Of a stretch of DNA of 64,000 nucleotides, positions 38,261 to 50,236 are shown piece by piece; within the stretch, counting starts at the first letter, position 1, and every line of letters starts with the position of its first letter. The position numbers and the translations under genes are program-made. The notes under the pieces are model-generated. The model worked only from the letters and a program-made list of their open reading frames with translations, made no database searches and was not told the DNA's origin. Origin of the DNA: Microthyrium microscopicum (Eukaryota); assembly GCA_010405405.1 (NCBI GenBank), contig MU004235.1, positions 2,348,506 through 2,412,505 of the forward strand, in the 5' to 3' direction.

Positions 38261-41200
38261 ATGTCGCGGAATCCTAACGAAAAGCTCAAAAATGAGGCGA
38301 TCGCGGAGATGGACAAGCATTTGCTAGGCCTTTACAGAAAGGATAGCTACTTCCCCAGCGAGAAACTTGATGACTTTGTCAACCACGATACCATCAAGCA
38401 CGCGTTGCCAAACGCCACTAATGTCTTGACCGATTGGTAAGATTCCACTTTGTCAAATTGCATTTGAAGAAGCCATCTGAAATATACCAACACCAGCGAT
38501 GGCTGCCAACGTGTTCGATGGCTCCCTCATAACATTCTTGATTAAGTGCTGTGGTGGCACCAGATGTATTGGCTTCTGCATCACGTTTTGGTTTGCACCG
38601 TTTTGAAGTGTACTAGCTTTGACTGAATCTTATACTGAGAGCTTTCAGGATAGTGAAACAAGCGCGGCGAACCTTTCTTATCACGTTGTTTGCTTTATCC
38701 GATCCCATCGACCTCTTTTGGGCAGTAAATTGTTTCCGGAAGCACGGGTTTGACGACTCCTGCTTGCCGATACAGAATATTACTGCCTCAGAGACTTTCA
38801 GCCAAAAAGCTCATTGTATACGAGATTGGGCAAATGACGAGTTCATGTCAGACTGCTTGCTTTGTGATGGCACCAGTAGCAGGACTTTGATTAACGAGGT
38901 GCAGTGCATTTGCAACCATAGTCAGCAATTGTATGCTTTTCACCATGAGTGCTGGAGTTTGAGTAGCGTCCGGTCTTTCTACCAAGAACAGTGGCACTTT
39001 TGCCTGCAAAGATTCGAGCTTGATGTGTTCGAACCTCGCAGCATTGAGGACGACCGAATACTACCCTTTGTCCTGAAAGATTCTGCAACGAGAAGGATCG
39101 GCGGCTTCAGCGAGGTAGTGCAAGCCTCAATACCCTCAGAGTTTGTGACGAACCATGCCTCTGAGGACATGAACTCGCGCAACCCAGGGCGCCTCGAAAT
39201 CGCCGTCAAGACCTTAAAACGCTTGCCCGATAGGTCTTACGACATCGAAGCTGAATGGAGAAGGGAAGCCATGGCCAACAAAAACATCAATTGTCTTGGG
39301 CATGCCAATATTGTGAAGTGCTTGGGCGCATTTCGCCAACGCGACGAGTATCACCTGGTGTTTGAGTGGGCAGACAGCGGCAGCTTGATAAACTACTGGG
39401 AACAAAATCGTCATCCCGAAGTGAACAGGTCAAATCTCAAAGAATTCCTGCTACAGCTACGCGGCATAGCAGATGCTCTTTATCAGATGCATAATACAGC
39501 AATTCCGCCCAGAGACACTCGACGGAGCCAAAAGGACAGTTACAATGATTCTGCGATTCCTGTCATCCAGATTGACCAAGAAACACATGGATTTCCTAGT
39601 ATTAACATTGATGCTTCCGAGCACTCCTTACATGGAAACGCGGGAGATGAAAACTGGCGACATGGTGACCTGAAGCCCGAAAACATTCTCGTTTTCTCTC
39701 CGATCGACCAGTGGCCGGGCACATGGAAGCTTGCAGATTTTGGCCGGGCGAAGCGGCATAAGGCTACAACAGCACAGCGTCAAGAAGTCACAGTCGAAAG
39801 ATGGGCCACGAGGCGATATGAACCACCTGATCTTATCATCGGCGACGGAAGTCGTAGCATATCACGACTCTACGACATTTGGTCCCTTGGATGCGTATTC
39901 TTTGAGGCTGTGATCTGGTTATTATATGGATACCAAGAAGTGGATGGCTTAGGCCGTACCACAGGCGGTATGTCAGTGGAAGAGTCACCATATTGGACTA
40001 GACGTGGTAGAGACGGTGCCACAGTCAGCCAGTTGATTAGTTTTTGGATGAGCAACATTCGGCGGAAAGATCCTGATTGTGCAGAAAATACGGCACTGGG
40101 TGATCTTTTAAGTCTGGTGCAAGCAAAAATGCTTGTCATTCAACTCCCCTCCGATTCTACGGAGAAGCCAGGGAGAGGTTATAGAGCCAATGTGCGAGAG
40201 ATTTTGAAAGATCTAGACCTCATCATACATAAGGCCGATGCCAACGAAACCTATCTATTGACAGGCCGTCCCCGGCACAACATAACGGCACCATCCTCAG
40301 GCAAAGAATTCCATCAGAATGCCCACCCAGTCGTCATCGATCCAATACCTGTAGAATCACCTCCGAGAAAGGCAAAGTCAATATATGAGGACTTGAGTAG
40401 AAATAGCCACGTTACAAGCCATCTAAACACCCAGGCCACGTACGATACGGTCACTCATATATCAGGAAGAGAGATCTCGTCTTCCGACAATGAAATCACG
40501 TTGACCTTACCCAGATGGAACAACTTCTCCCTGATAGCAACCCGCATGACAGAGGAGTACAGACACACTCTCGGGGAAACATGGTTCTACAATGACGATA
40601 ATGCGTTTGTCCAATGTTCTCTTGAAGCCATATTCAAGGATGCAACGGGGGGCCCAAATGACATCTTTCCACTTCAATCATCGCTTCTATGCAAAGAATG
40701 TTCGCAATTTGATCCAATTTGTCCAGAGTCCTATGGTAGGAGGCTAATGTCCCAAGTACGGGCGACAGCAAGGCGCTGCGAATTTTGCAAGTTGTTGGTT
40801 CAAGTTGCACAGAGAGCTGGCCTTCTAATGACCAATCCTCTGTACTTGAGGCGGCAAGGTGGCCTACTGAAAATAAATAATAGGAGTGATATGGCACTGC
40901 GGGTCTGTCGTTCGGCAGGTCAACGAAGTAATGGCACAAACTATTTGTTGAAATATCATACTAACATAACTTCAGTAGATTCTCAAGCGTACTCGACACC
41001 TGGTAATGAGCTTCCAGTTGGTTTACCAATACTTCCTTACCCAGGAGAGGAATTACACGCTCTAATTCTTCGCCAATGGTTGAATGAATGTGACCAGCAC
41101 GGATGTGTCCCAGAACAACCTCTGGGATACTGCCCCAAGAGATTGCTGTTCGTTGGTGACGAGCTTGGTCATCCAAAATGTAGAATTGTTGAAACCGAAA

Positions 41201-42629
41201 GTCTGGGCGACCAGCGGACTGATCTGAAATATATCGCACTCTCTCACCCGTGGGGAAAGCCGGAGGAGCACGAACATTTCAAAGCTACCAGACGTAATCT
41301 ACCGCTGCTACTGAACGATATCGATGTGAACGACCTTCCCGCCAACTTCTTAGACGCAATCACCGTCTGCATGGCAGTTGGAATAAGTTATTTATGGATC
41401 GATTCAATCTGCATCCTTCAGGCGGCCGACGGCGACGAAGGTGATTTCAGAGACGAAGCCGAACATATCCAAGACATATACAGCTCTGCATATTGTGTTA
41501 TTGCTGCGAGCAGCGCAGATGGTACATGCTCTGGTTTCCTGACTCCGAGAAATGAAGCACGACTCGTAACTCTGTCGCCCATCGCTACAGAAGGATCCCA
41601 ACGTGCGAGATTCTATGTCTCTGACCTCTTAGATGATTTTCAGACTGATGTTCTCAAAAGCCCACTGAGCGAGCGAGGATGGGTGCTGCAAGAACGAGCA
41701 CTTGCTCGTCGTACAATGTTCTTCACAGATAAGCAGACCTATTTCGAATGTGGGAAAGGCATACGTTGCGAAACCTTGAGTAAGCTCCAGAGGTAAGGCT
41801 ATCTCTGTGCTCCTTATTTCATAAACCAAGACTAATGAGTCATAGTGATGAAGCATCCTTCTTAGGAGATTCAAACTTTCCATCATATGGCACAAGAAAT
41901 ATGAAGATAGGAGCGCAGTTGTTTCTTATGACCTCTCTATTCGAGCAATACTCAGGATTGAAATTCACATTTCCTCCGGACAAACCAATCGCGATTTCTG
42001 GAATGGAGCAACAACTCACCAAAAACTTTGGAATTCGCAGCTGTGCTGGTGTCTTTGAGAATCACAGCGGCATGTGGCTCCTGTGGGAGCGCGCATCCAG
42101 CGTGGACAGAATATCACGTATTGTGTTCCCAGAGACAAACAATACAAGTACACCGCCCTCTTGGTCGTTTATGTCATACGAAGGGGCGGTCTCTTATATC
42201 GCACCGCCGAGCTATCAGATCTCATGGAATCGCATTCGCCTGACACTGCCTGGCGATGGAAAGACCTTATGGATGTATGCCCCAGAGAAGCCCGCAATGA
42301 CCGCCCGCATCCTTATGCTGGGAGTGGAAGAAGTAGAACAAGTGAAGTCGATCCTGAACAAAAAGTTGACCCATGCCGAGCGCTGTCAGGGCGATACATA
42401 CATCACATTTGACGATCCGAGAACGCTGACCTCGATACCTCATACGTATGTAATCTTGGGAACTTTCGGAAACACTGATGACCCAGCAGCTCGCCATTAT
42501 GTCCTAGCTGTTCAACTCACAGATCATCTTGCAGGGCGGCCAGTATACGAACGTGTTGGCGTTGGGTGGCTACCAAATTGGTTGCTGGATGCCACCGTGG
42601 AGTCCTTTGCGTTCTATTCGATATTGTGA
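38261..42629 (+). CDS. Protein kinase-HET domain fusion protein
   Basis: Exon 1 from ATG 38261. Kinase motifs GGFSEV, IAVK, HGDLKPEN, LADFG, RYEPP and DIWSLG. HET motifs PKRLL, YIALSHPWG, YLWIDSICILQ and RGWVLQER. The C-terminal exon after intron about 41793-41845 has YSGLKFT..DKPIAISG and PPSWSFMS. Confidence 0.88.
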
Positions 42630-42820
42630 TACCCCGGGAAAGCGATATGAATAGAGCTGGTGTATCTTGTCACGTTCGAAGCTATGAAAGTACTTGGCTG
42701 ATCGTCTAATTAAAATTAATGCAATATGTCTATGCACACAAAAAACGCTGACCTATCAGCCACGAAAATGCTAAACCATCGCTCAGCCACCTCCAACCTG
42801 CTCGTCCATCGGCCCTTCGT

Positions 42821-44093
42821 CTATTTCTCAGGCTTGACTGCCTTGATTAAATACATAGGCGTAAACAGCTTCTCCTTTCCACCCGCAACAAGGCAATCTG
42901 CAGCTTCAGCAAGCGAATCTGCTGTCTTTTGCACACCACGAGGAATGATACCAATGGTCTCTCCAACAGCCAAGAGCTTATGTATTGTTCCACGGCCCCA
43001 CTTGGTCATTCTCGCAATAGTCAAGACATCACCGATTGTGTTGCAGTACTTGAAGTTGCCATCAAGTGGCCAGTACCAGGGAGCTGGGTCCTCCTCACGG
43101 TCGGCCATATCCTCGTGGAATTCGAGATTGAAGCCAGCCGCACGAATCGCATCAAGAGCCACGGACACTTTCTCCATGTTGGAAATACCATCACCTTGTT
43201 CAATGCCGAGGCGGATCTTGCGATGGTGCGGGTTATCGTTGTCATAGTTCTCCGTCATGAGCCATTCGTAGACACCAAACACTCCACCAGGCTTGAGAAC
43301 GCGGAAAATTTCGGTATATATGCCTTCGAGGGAGGGCGCGTGTACGGTGGCCTCGATGGCGTAGACTGCATCGAAAGTGTTGTCTGGGAAAGACATTTGC
43401 TCAGAGAAGTCAGTTTTTGACACAGCGCAATCACTCTGTAGTGAAACTTACCATAAAGTCACCCTTGACGAAGCTGAGCTTGTGGCTTAGACCTTCCTTA
43501 GCGGCATAACGAGTAGCTCGCTCGATTTGGTAGTCGTTGTTGTTGAGCCCAACAACGTTGGCGCCAGTGAACTTGACAATCTCACGAGCAGGGCCACCGA
43601 CACCACATCCAACATCTAGAACTTTCATACCTTCGCGAACTCCCATGGTGTGTGCGAGGTAGTGTTCGTGACGGGCGATAGCCTGTCTGAAGGGTTCGCC
43701 GTAGGCAAATCGGCAGAAATGAAATGATGCGCCCCAGCCATACTCGTATAAATCGGTCGCGAGGTTGTAGTAGCTATAGATATACATCAGTACGGTGATC
43801 TAAATTGTCGCAGAGAGGTGAACATACTGTTTGGTGAGGGTGGCATATTCTGATCGTCTCGCCTCTCTTGTGTCCTCTGTTTCGTCCTCGGCGGGCTTGT
43901 TGTCCCAATGCTTGAAGTACTCGTCGACAGCAGCGTTCTGGGCCTTGCGGTCCTTGTTCAGCATGGAGGAAATTCCACCTTTGGCATCGGCGGTGTTGCC
44001 ATGCAGGGCTTTGGCGAATGCTGCATCGCGAGCGTGGTCTTCTTTCTCGAGTGCGGTGGTAGCACTGTTAATGCTGGGGGCGCTAGGAGCCAT
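42821..44093 (-). CDS. ERG6: Sterol 24-C-methyltransferase, 3 exons
   Basis: [56 protein letters not shown] and [11 protein letters not shown] motifs. Confidence 0.96.
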
Positions 44094-44576
44094 GATGAGT
44101 GTTGGAGTTGGAGACGTATATGAGAAAGAGCTTGAAGATGGAGAAGTAAGGATTAGAGGAAAGGAGAAAGGATAAATAAAAGAAATGAAGGCAATGGGAA
44201 AATCAGAGGAGCGGTAGTTGAATTTCATCGGAAAGGAGAGTTGCCATTCCACCCACGCCTTCCCTGCTCCGTCCCGGCCATTCTGACTCTGTGGTTGGCT
44301 CTTGCATCTGCACCCCTGTCGTTCCTTCCCAAAATGAGCTGATCTGGCCAGGAACCTGCGATCCCTCCAACCGGCCCGGATTTCTCGGTCTGGAACGGGA
44401 AGTCGCACATCCCGGTCCCGATAGTCGCCCTAGCCCTAGTGACGTTCCAACCCCTCCAACTTTTTGAAACCGAATTTCTCATCAACAATTTGATCTGGTC
44501 ACTTCCACGCCGCCCCTCATATAACCGCGACTTCTACCTTCAATAACTCGTATACACACACACACACACGATCAAG

Positions 44577-45650
44577 ATGCCACCACAAATCAAACAAGAT
44601 CTGAACCGATCAGGCTGGGAAACCACAGACTTTCCTTCTGTCTGTGAGACATGTCTACCTGACAACCCCTACGTCCAAATGCTGAAGGAGGACTATGGCG
44701 CAGAGTGCAAAATCTGCAACCGACCTTTCACTGTGTTTCGCTGGAAAGCCGATCGTACATCTCGTCAAAAGCGTACCAATATCTGCCTGACATGCGCGCG
44801 CCTCAAGAACTGTTGCCAGTCCTGCATGCTCGACTTGAGCTTCGGTCTGAGCATCCCAGTTCGTGATGCTGCACTTAAGATGATCGCGCCAGGACCACAA
44901 AGCGATGTCAACAAGCAGTGGTACGCACAAGAGCATGAGCACGAAATCGAAGAAGGGCGTGGTGCGGTTGAGGCATACGGAAAGACTGATGAGAAGGCAC
45001 GAGATCTGCTCCGACGACTAGCTCGGAGTGAGCCTTACCGACGGCGAGATGGAGAAGCCAGCTCAAGTGGACAAAAGGCAATAACTGGCTCGGCGACTCC
45101 AGGAGCTTCCCATACCCCAGGCCCAATACGGTCAAGAGACTCGAGAACTCCAGCTGGCAAAGGACGACCGGTTGCACAACCGCCAACACAACTTGAGATC
45201 CGGCCGCCTCAAGATCCCAATATTGCATCGCTATTTCTCACCGGTATCGAAGACGATCTACCAGAACACGAAATCCGTACCTTCTTCACGCAATACGGCG
45301 GACTGCGGTCTGTTGTAGTCTCACATCGATCACATTGCGGATATATCAATTTCATCACAAGAAAAGGAGCTGAAGCTGCAGCCGAGGCTTTGCAGGGAAA
45401 GGCAGTCATTGCAGGGTGTCCATTAAGAGTCCGCTGGGGCAAGCCAAAGAAGCTGGATTCGATGGAGACAGACGAGCGCATGATGAACCTGAAGGATGGT
45501 CGGGCAGCACATTCCGCAGCCGCGAGAGGAGAGAGACAAGCGGCCACCCAAAAATCAATTCAAGAGGCCAAGCAGGACCTCGATAGTTTCGTTCCGCAAG
45601 CTCCTCCGGGTTCAGAGGAAGTCAATTATGCTAGTCTGGCTGGCAATTAA
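44577..45650 (+). CDS. SLT11: Pre-mRNA splicing factor Slt11/Ecm2/RBM22
   Basis: WETTDFPSVCETCL, ECKICNRPFTVFRW and CARLKNCCQSCMLD zinc motifs plus a C-terminal RRM. Confidence 0.93.
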   Translation: MPPQIKQDLNRSGWETTDFPSVCETCLPDNPYVQMLKEDYGAECKICNRPFTVFRWKADRTSRQKRTNICLTCARLKNCCQSCMLDLSFGLSIPVRDAALKMIAPGPQSDVNKQWYAQEHEHEIEEGRGAVEAYGKTDEKARDLLRRLARSEPYRRRDGEASSSGQKAITGSATPGASHTPGPIRSRDSRTPAGKGRPVAQPPTQLEIRPPQDPNIASLFLTGIEDDLPEHEIRTFFTQYGGLRSVVVSHRSHCGYINFITRKGAEAAAEALQGKAVIAGCPLRVRWGKPKKLDSMETDERMMNLKDGRAAHSAAARGERQAATQKSIQEAKQDLDSFVPQAPPGSEEVNYASLAGN

Positions 45651-45770
45651 GGTCCGGGATCGCATAACTGTATCATGGGTTGTTCTTCTTGGGTAGATCT
45701 TAGCATGGCGTTTTCGAGATTATGTATAGATAGTGTGAATGGCAAAAGGATCTGCTTTGCTTCCGCATGT

Positions 45771-46215
45771 TCATATTCTGCTTGTTTTCACTCCACTAAG
45801 CTGATTCTTCGTCTTCTCTGGAGGTGACCCAAATCTAGAATCATTATCCCCCAGCTCGGTATGTTCGTGTATCCGTAGTTCTAGCGTCTGTTAGCGTCTC
45901 GTTCCTACTCCAAGTGGAACATAGCCATACTGTATGTGTTCTCCTTGCCTTCTACTGCCATTCCTTGGAGAACGTTCTCCCGTAGAATCTTGGCCACTTC
46001 TTGCGCCTCTGCTATCTTTTCTGCGGCTTCAGGACTTCCGAGGGACAGACTTCGCGCCTCCTCGAAGCTAGCTCTTGCCTTTTGTCGCGATGCGATGAGT
46101 GTTCGTGGATCGCCTGCGAGAGTCAGCTTCTAGATCTGCGAACATTGAGAGCCAGCTCACCCTGAAAAGCGATCCGCGTCGACCTCAATAAGGTCCGATA
46201 CGCTGATAATGCCAT
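45771..46215 (-). CDS. MZM1: Mitochondrial zinc maintenance protein 1 (LYR-motif Rieske chaperone), 3 exons; only partly captured by the ORF track
   Basis: Manual splicing gives MALSAYRTLLRSTRIAFQG|DPRTLIASRQKARASFE...EVAKILRENVLQG...Y|KLRIHEHTELGDNDS...*. Introns are GTGAGC..CTGAC..CAG and GTATGG..CTAAC..TAG. Confidence 0.85.
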
Positions 46216-46396
46216 AGTTTGCTCTGCAATTGGCATCATCAGTCGTTGAAGCAAGCTCAAGAACTTTTTGCGCACGGACTTTATCCAGTCCCGATTCGGA
46301 TAAGCCTTGTTCCGCGTGCGAAACATTTTTAGATGGTCCCGCCAAAACTTTTCTGGCCCAAACATCCCACTTCTCTTTTAATTCCACAAACACAAC

Positions 46397-47783
46397 ATGG
46401 CTACGAAAGTACTTCCCTTGCCGGTATTACCGGCTGACTGGACTGCGCCAAAGGATTTCAAAGTCGTTGGAGCTCTATCGAAGCCTGTAACTCGTGAAAT
46501 CGAGGCTGTCGGGCCTCATTTCCTAGCTCATGCACGAAGAAAGCGTTATAAGCGCACATTCTCTGAGGATGAGCGGATCCAGGCTGCCGAAAATGTGAAG
46601 AAGGTCGAAGATGATGATAGCGCTGAAACCAGCGAGCCTGAGGATCCTGTTATGCTGAGTCGGGATGCCAAAGACTGGAAGGTATGTTACTGCCCCTGAA
46701 TCTGCTCGTCCGACAGAATGCTAATGCACAAAGTAGAACCAAGACCACTACGCCGTCTTAGGTATCACCAAATACCGCTGGAAAGCCACCGAAGAGCAAA
46801 TCAAGCGCGCTCACCGCAAGAAGGTCCTCAAACATCACCCCGATAAGAAGACCGCCGCGGGCGGCACCGACGATGACAACTTCTTCAAGTGCATCCAAAA
46901 AGCCACCGAAGTGCTTCTCGACCCTGTCCGACGTCGTCAATATGACTCTGTCGATGAGGGCGCCAACCGCGACCCACCTTCCAAGAAAGAGAGCCAAAAG
47001 GGCAACTTTTATAAGCTATGGTCGCCCGTGTTCGCCGCAGAAGGTCGCTTCAGTACCAAGCAGCCAGTTCCCAAGTTTGGCGATGAGAACAGCAGCAAGG
47101 CTGAAGTCGAGGAATTTTACAACTTCTTCTACAAGTTCGACTCTTGGCGTACATTCGAGTACCTCGACGAGGATGTCCCAGATGACAACGAAAGCCGTGA
47201 CCAAAAACGTCACGTCGAGCGCAAAAATAACAACGCTCGTAAAAAGCGCAAGACTGAAGACTCCGCGCGTCTACGGAAACTGCTAGACACCGCCCTCGAT
47301 CTCGACGAACGCATCCGAAAATTCAAACAGGCAGAGCATGCCCAAAAGAACAAGCGCCGTCTCGACAAGGAAGCCGAACAAAAACGTGCTGCGGAAGAAG
47401 CAGCGAAAAAGAAGGAAGAGGACGCAAAGGCTGCTGCTGAGAAGGAGATTGCAGACAAGGCGGCCAAGGCGGACTCGAAGAAGGCGAAGGAGGCGGCGAA
47501 GAATGCTGTCAAGAAGAACAAACGTGTTATTCGTGCAGCTGTTAAGTATGCCAACTATTTCCATGCGGCGGGTGCAGATGCGAGTGCTAGTCAGATTGAT
47601 GCTGCGTTGAATGATGTTGATGCCATGATTGCCGCTAGTGAGCCCGAGAGTATTGCCGCTTTGACTGCGAGGCTGAATGGCAAGAAGGATCCAGCTGAGA
47701 TCAAGGCTATCTTTGCTGATGAGGCTAAGAAGCTGGTGGACGATGGGAAGGTTAAAGCGGGCGATTTGAAAACTTGCACTTGA
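46397..47783 (+). CDS. ZUO1: Zuotin (ribosome-associated J-domain chaperone), 2 exons
   Basis: EAVGPHFLAHARR, RDAKDWK|NQDHYAVLG, HHPDK J motif, FDSWRTFEYLDEDVPDD and KNAVKKNKR. Confidence 0.96.
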
Positions 47784-48063
47784 GCGGTTTTTGGTTACGA
47801 ATAGATCTTAGAATCTGCCAATACCATTTCTTCTACTAGTAGTTATAGCCCAGCTAAAGCACTGAATATATTCGAGGTCTATGAACCGTACTCAGAGGTC
47901 ATTGCAGTAGGTCGCTTGGCTGATGTGTTGTATGCACTGTCTATTCTATTAATAGAACGTACTGATATCTTCAGCCTGAGCCATATTACTGTTGCCGCTT
48001 TCTGCCATCCTATCTTCTCCCTTTTGTATCATTCTGCTAAGTTTGCAATCGTCCGTCGATGCC

Positions 48064-48930
48064 ATGTGGCTTCTCAACGCTTCCTCTTTGAAGCTCGAAT
48101 ACTTTGCCTTTGATGACGGCGAGGCTCCTCCTTACGGCATACTTTCTCACACTTGGGCGCATCCGTCCACTGAACTTACTTTTGAAGACTTGCATTCCAG
48201 AGGCCATGCTGCCTTCAGCAAAAAGAAAGAATCATACCAGAAACTGATCGGCTGCTGCTCAGTGGCTCAAAAGCACGGCTTGCAGTGGGTTTGGCTTGAC
48301 AACTGTTGCATCGATAAGTCAGATCACGCTCAGCTCAGCTATGCCGTTAGCTCGATTTTTCAGTGGTATCAAAGAGCAGAGATATGCATCACGTATCTCA
48401 GCGACGTACACGCTATGAAGGACTTCCATCGAGCGAGGTGGTTCACACGCGGATGGACCTTACAAGAGCTTCTAGCTCCCACGAGACTCGTTTTCTTCAA
48501 CCGACACTGGGAACCTCTCGGAACACGACAAGCCCTCGCCTCCTTGATTTCTCACATTACAACCATACACCCAGAGTACTTGATGCGTTCCTGGTCACCA
48601 TCTACCAACTCTTTGAGACTGTTGTACGATGCAGTTCTTACGCGCCAGACGACGAAGCCGGAGGACCAGGCTTATTGTCTTCTCGGTCTGCTCGGCATCT
48701 ATATGGAGGTTGACTACGGAGAGGGCCTGAATAGCGCGTTTGAAAGACTTTACGCAACTGTGGAGCAATACAGTGGGCGCATACCCTCTACGGCCGACGG
48801 TCATGAGTACAGTGGCTTGAGTTTTACTACTGCACAATACGGGGACTTTGTGAGGTACAAGAATGATCATGCAGCCGAGGAATATGAGGACGAGGACGAC
48901 GAGGAAGTTGAAGGTGGAAGACGACGATGA
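48064..48930 (+). CDS. Short HET-domain protein (HET-E/D-type HET subfamily) with an acidic tail and no NACHT domain
   Basis: MWLLN..SLKLEYF, PPYGILSHTW, WVWLDNCCIDKS, FQWYQRAEIC..YLSDV, WFTRGWTLQELLAP, TTKPEDQAYCLLGL and YGEG motifs. Confidence 0.88.
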   Translation: MWLLNASSLKLEYFAFDDGEAPPYGILSHTWAHPSTELTFEDLHSRGHAAFSKKKESYQKLIGCCSVAQKHGLQWVWLDNCCIDKSDHAQLSYAVSSIFQWYQRAEICITYLSDVHAMKDFHRARWFTRGWTLQELLAPTRLVFFNRHWEPLGTRQALASLISHITTIHPEYLMRSWSPSTNSLRLLYDAVLTRQTTKPEDQAYCLLGLLGIYMEVDYGEGLNSAFERLYATVEQYSGRIPSTADGHEYSGLSFTTAQYGDFVRYKNDHAAEEYEDEDDEEVEGGRRR

Positions 48931-49442
48931 CGAGGAAGAAGACGAGGTGCAGGAGGAAGATGACAAAGTCAATGCCTTGCATGGTACACTGGTTTGCGAA
49001 ATGTGGTGCGCTCTCACCCTCCCCCTACTATGTGTAAATTGCTAGAATTTTTAGGATCCTACCAATCACACGTAGAATAGCCTGTGGACTTGGAGTATGT
49101 GAAACTCTGGTTATCAAGAGTACTATTTACTAACTAGGAATTTTAGTGCTGAATTTGATTGTTAGTATACCAAACGTTGGGTGGTTTGTTATATTCTTCT
49201 ACCAAAATCGTCACACTAAATCTTCTATATCGCTTTATAATTTGGAATACTTAATGTAATAGTTAAAAATAGTGCGCCTTTTCTACCTCCCAAAGCTATA
49301 GGCAGTTTTACGTGTGATTGGTGGAATTCTGTTAAAAGTAACATAGTAGGGGGAGGGTGAGCGCGCACCACATTTCGCAAACCAGTGTAGAACCAACCGC
49401 AGAATTGCCTGAAACAGCACCGCATAGTTTTCTACCTTCCAT

Positions 49443-49527
49443 TGATGAAGCTAAAAAGTTGGTGGAGGACGGGAAGGTTAAAGCCGGCGATTTAAAGACT
49501 TGCAATTCAGCGGTTGTTGCTGCCTAA
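49443..49527 (+). repeat. Diverged direct-repeat copy of the ZUO1 3' coding end (47717-47789)
   Basis: Encodes DEAKKLVEDGKVKAGDLKTCNSAVVAA* versus ZUO1 DEAKKLVDDGKVKAGDLKTCT*. Hand alignment gives 63 of 73 identical bases. Confidence 0.9.
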
Positions 49528-49787
49528 ACAGTCCTCGAATTTGTTGATGCAATTCTCTGATTGTGTCTTTTCATCAAAGTTTCATAACGACCACTAGATC
49601 TCCCCTTAGGTGTTGTAAGAATCTTAGGCCCTTTACATGTACCGTTGAGGGGAGCACATCTATCAAGATGGCAGTGTTCAGGGACAAACGGCAAAACCGC
49701 ATAGAAGTTTGTATCCATATGTTCGTAACTACAGTATCTCAAGACTTTAAAACTACATCGGCTCCAACCGTTCCCAGCGAGTAAGCT

Positions 49788-50105
49788 TCACCAGCCTCCG
49801 TCGAGTTCAGTAGATATCGGTTGATAGTTGATACCCTTATCTCCATTACCACATCCTTCAAAGTAGTCTATACTGACCATGCACCCATTTCCAAAGGTTT
49901 TAGTTCCGCACTGCTTGCAACCGCCCAGTGCTGGAGCGTGTATGTCTTGGTACGCGAGCCAGATCTCATCCCCAGTCATTTGGCAGCTATTGCCACCTTG
50001 GGCAAATGTTCCAGATGTCGCTCTGCCCGTGAGAAGAGTTTGACCAGAAATGACAGGCATCGATTGACTGTCTAAGCAAATAAATACCTGTGTAGCTATT
50101 GCCAT
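49788..50105 (-). pseudogene. KP4 killer-toxin-like Cys-rich domain fragment; 5' end lost or degenerate
   Basis: GNSCQMTGDEIWLAYQDI...GGCKQCGTKTFGNGCMVSIDY resembles the KP4-family C-terminal GCxxCG...GC..xY pattern. No signal-peptide exon is visible and the upstream sequence is TAG/TAA-rich. Confidence 0.55.
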
Positions 50106-50236
50106 TCATAAACTTAGCCTTAAGTACCACCTAGCTAGATCTCTAGGTACCTACCTAGCCTCTAGGTATGTAGCTCCTAATCTAAGTATCAGCATACTTG
50201 AATAGACAGGATTTCTTTCTTGGGATGACTCGCGCA

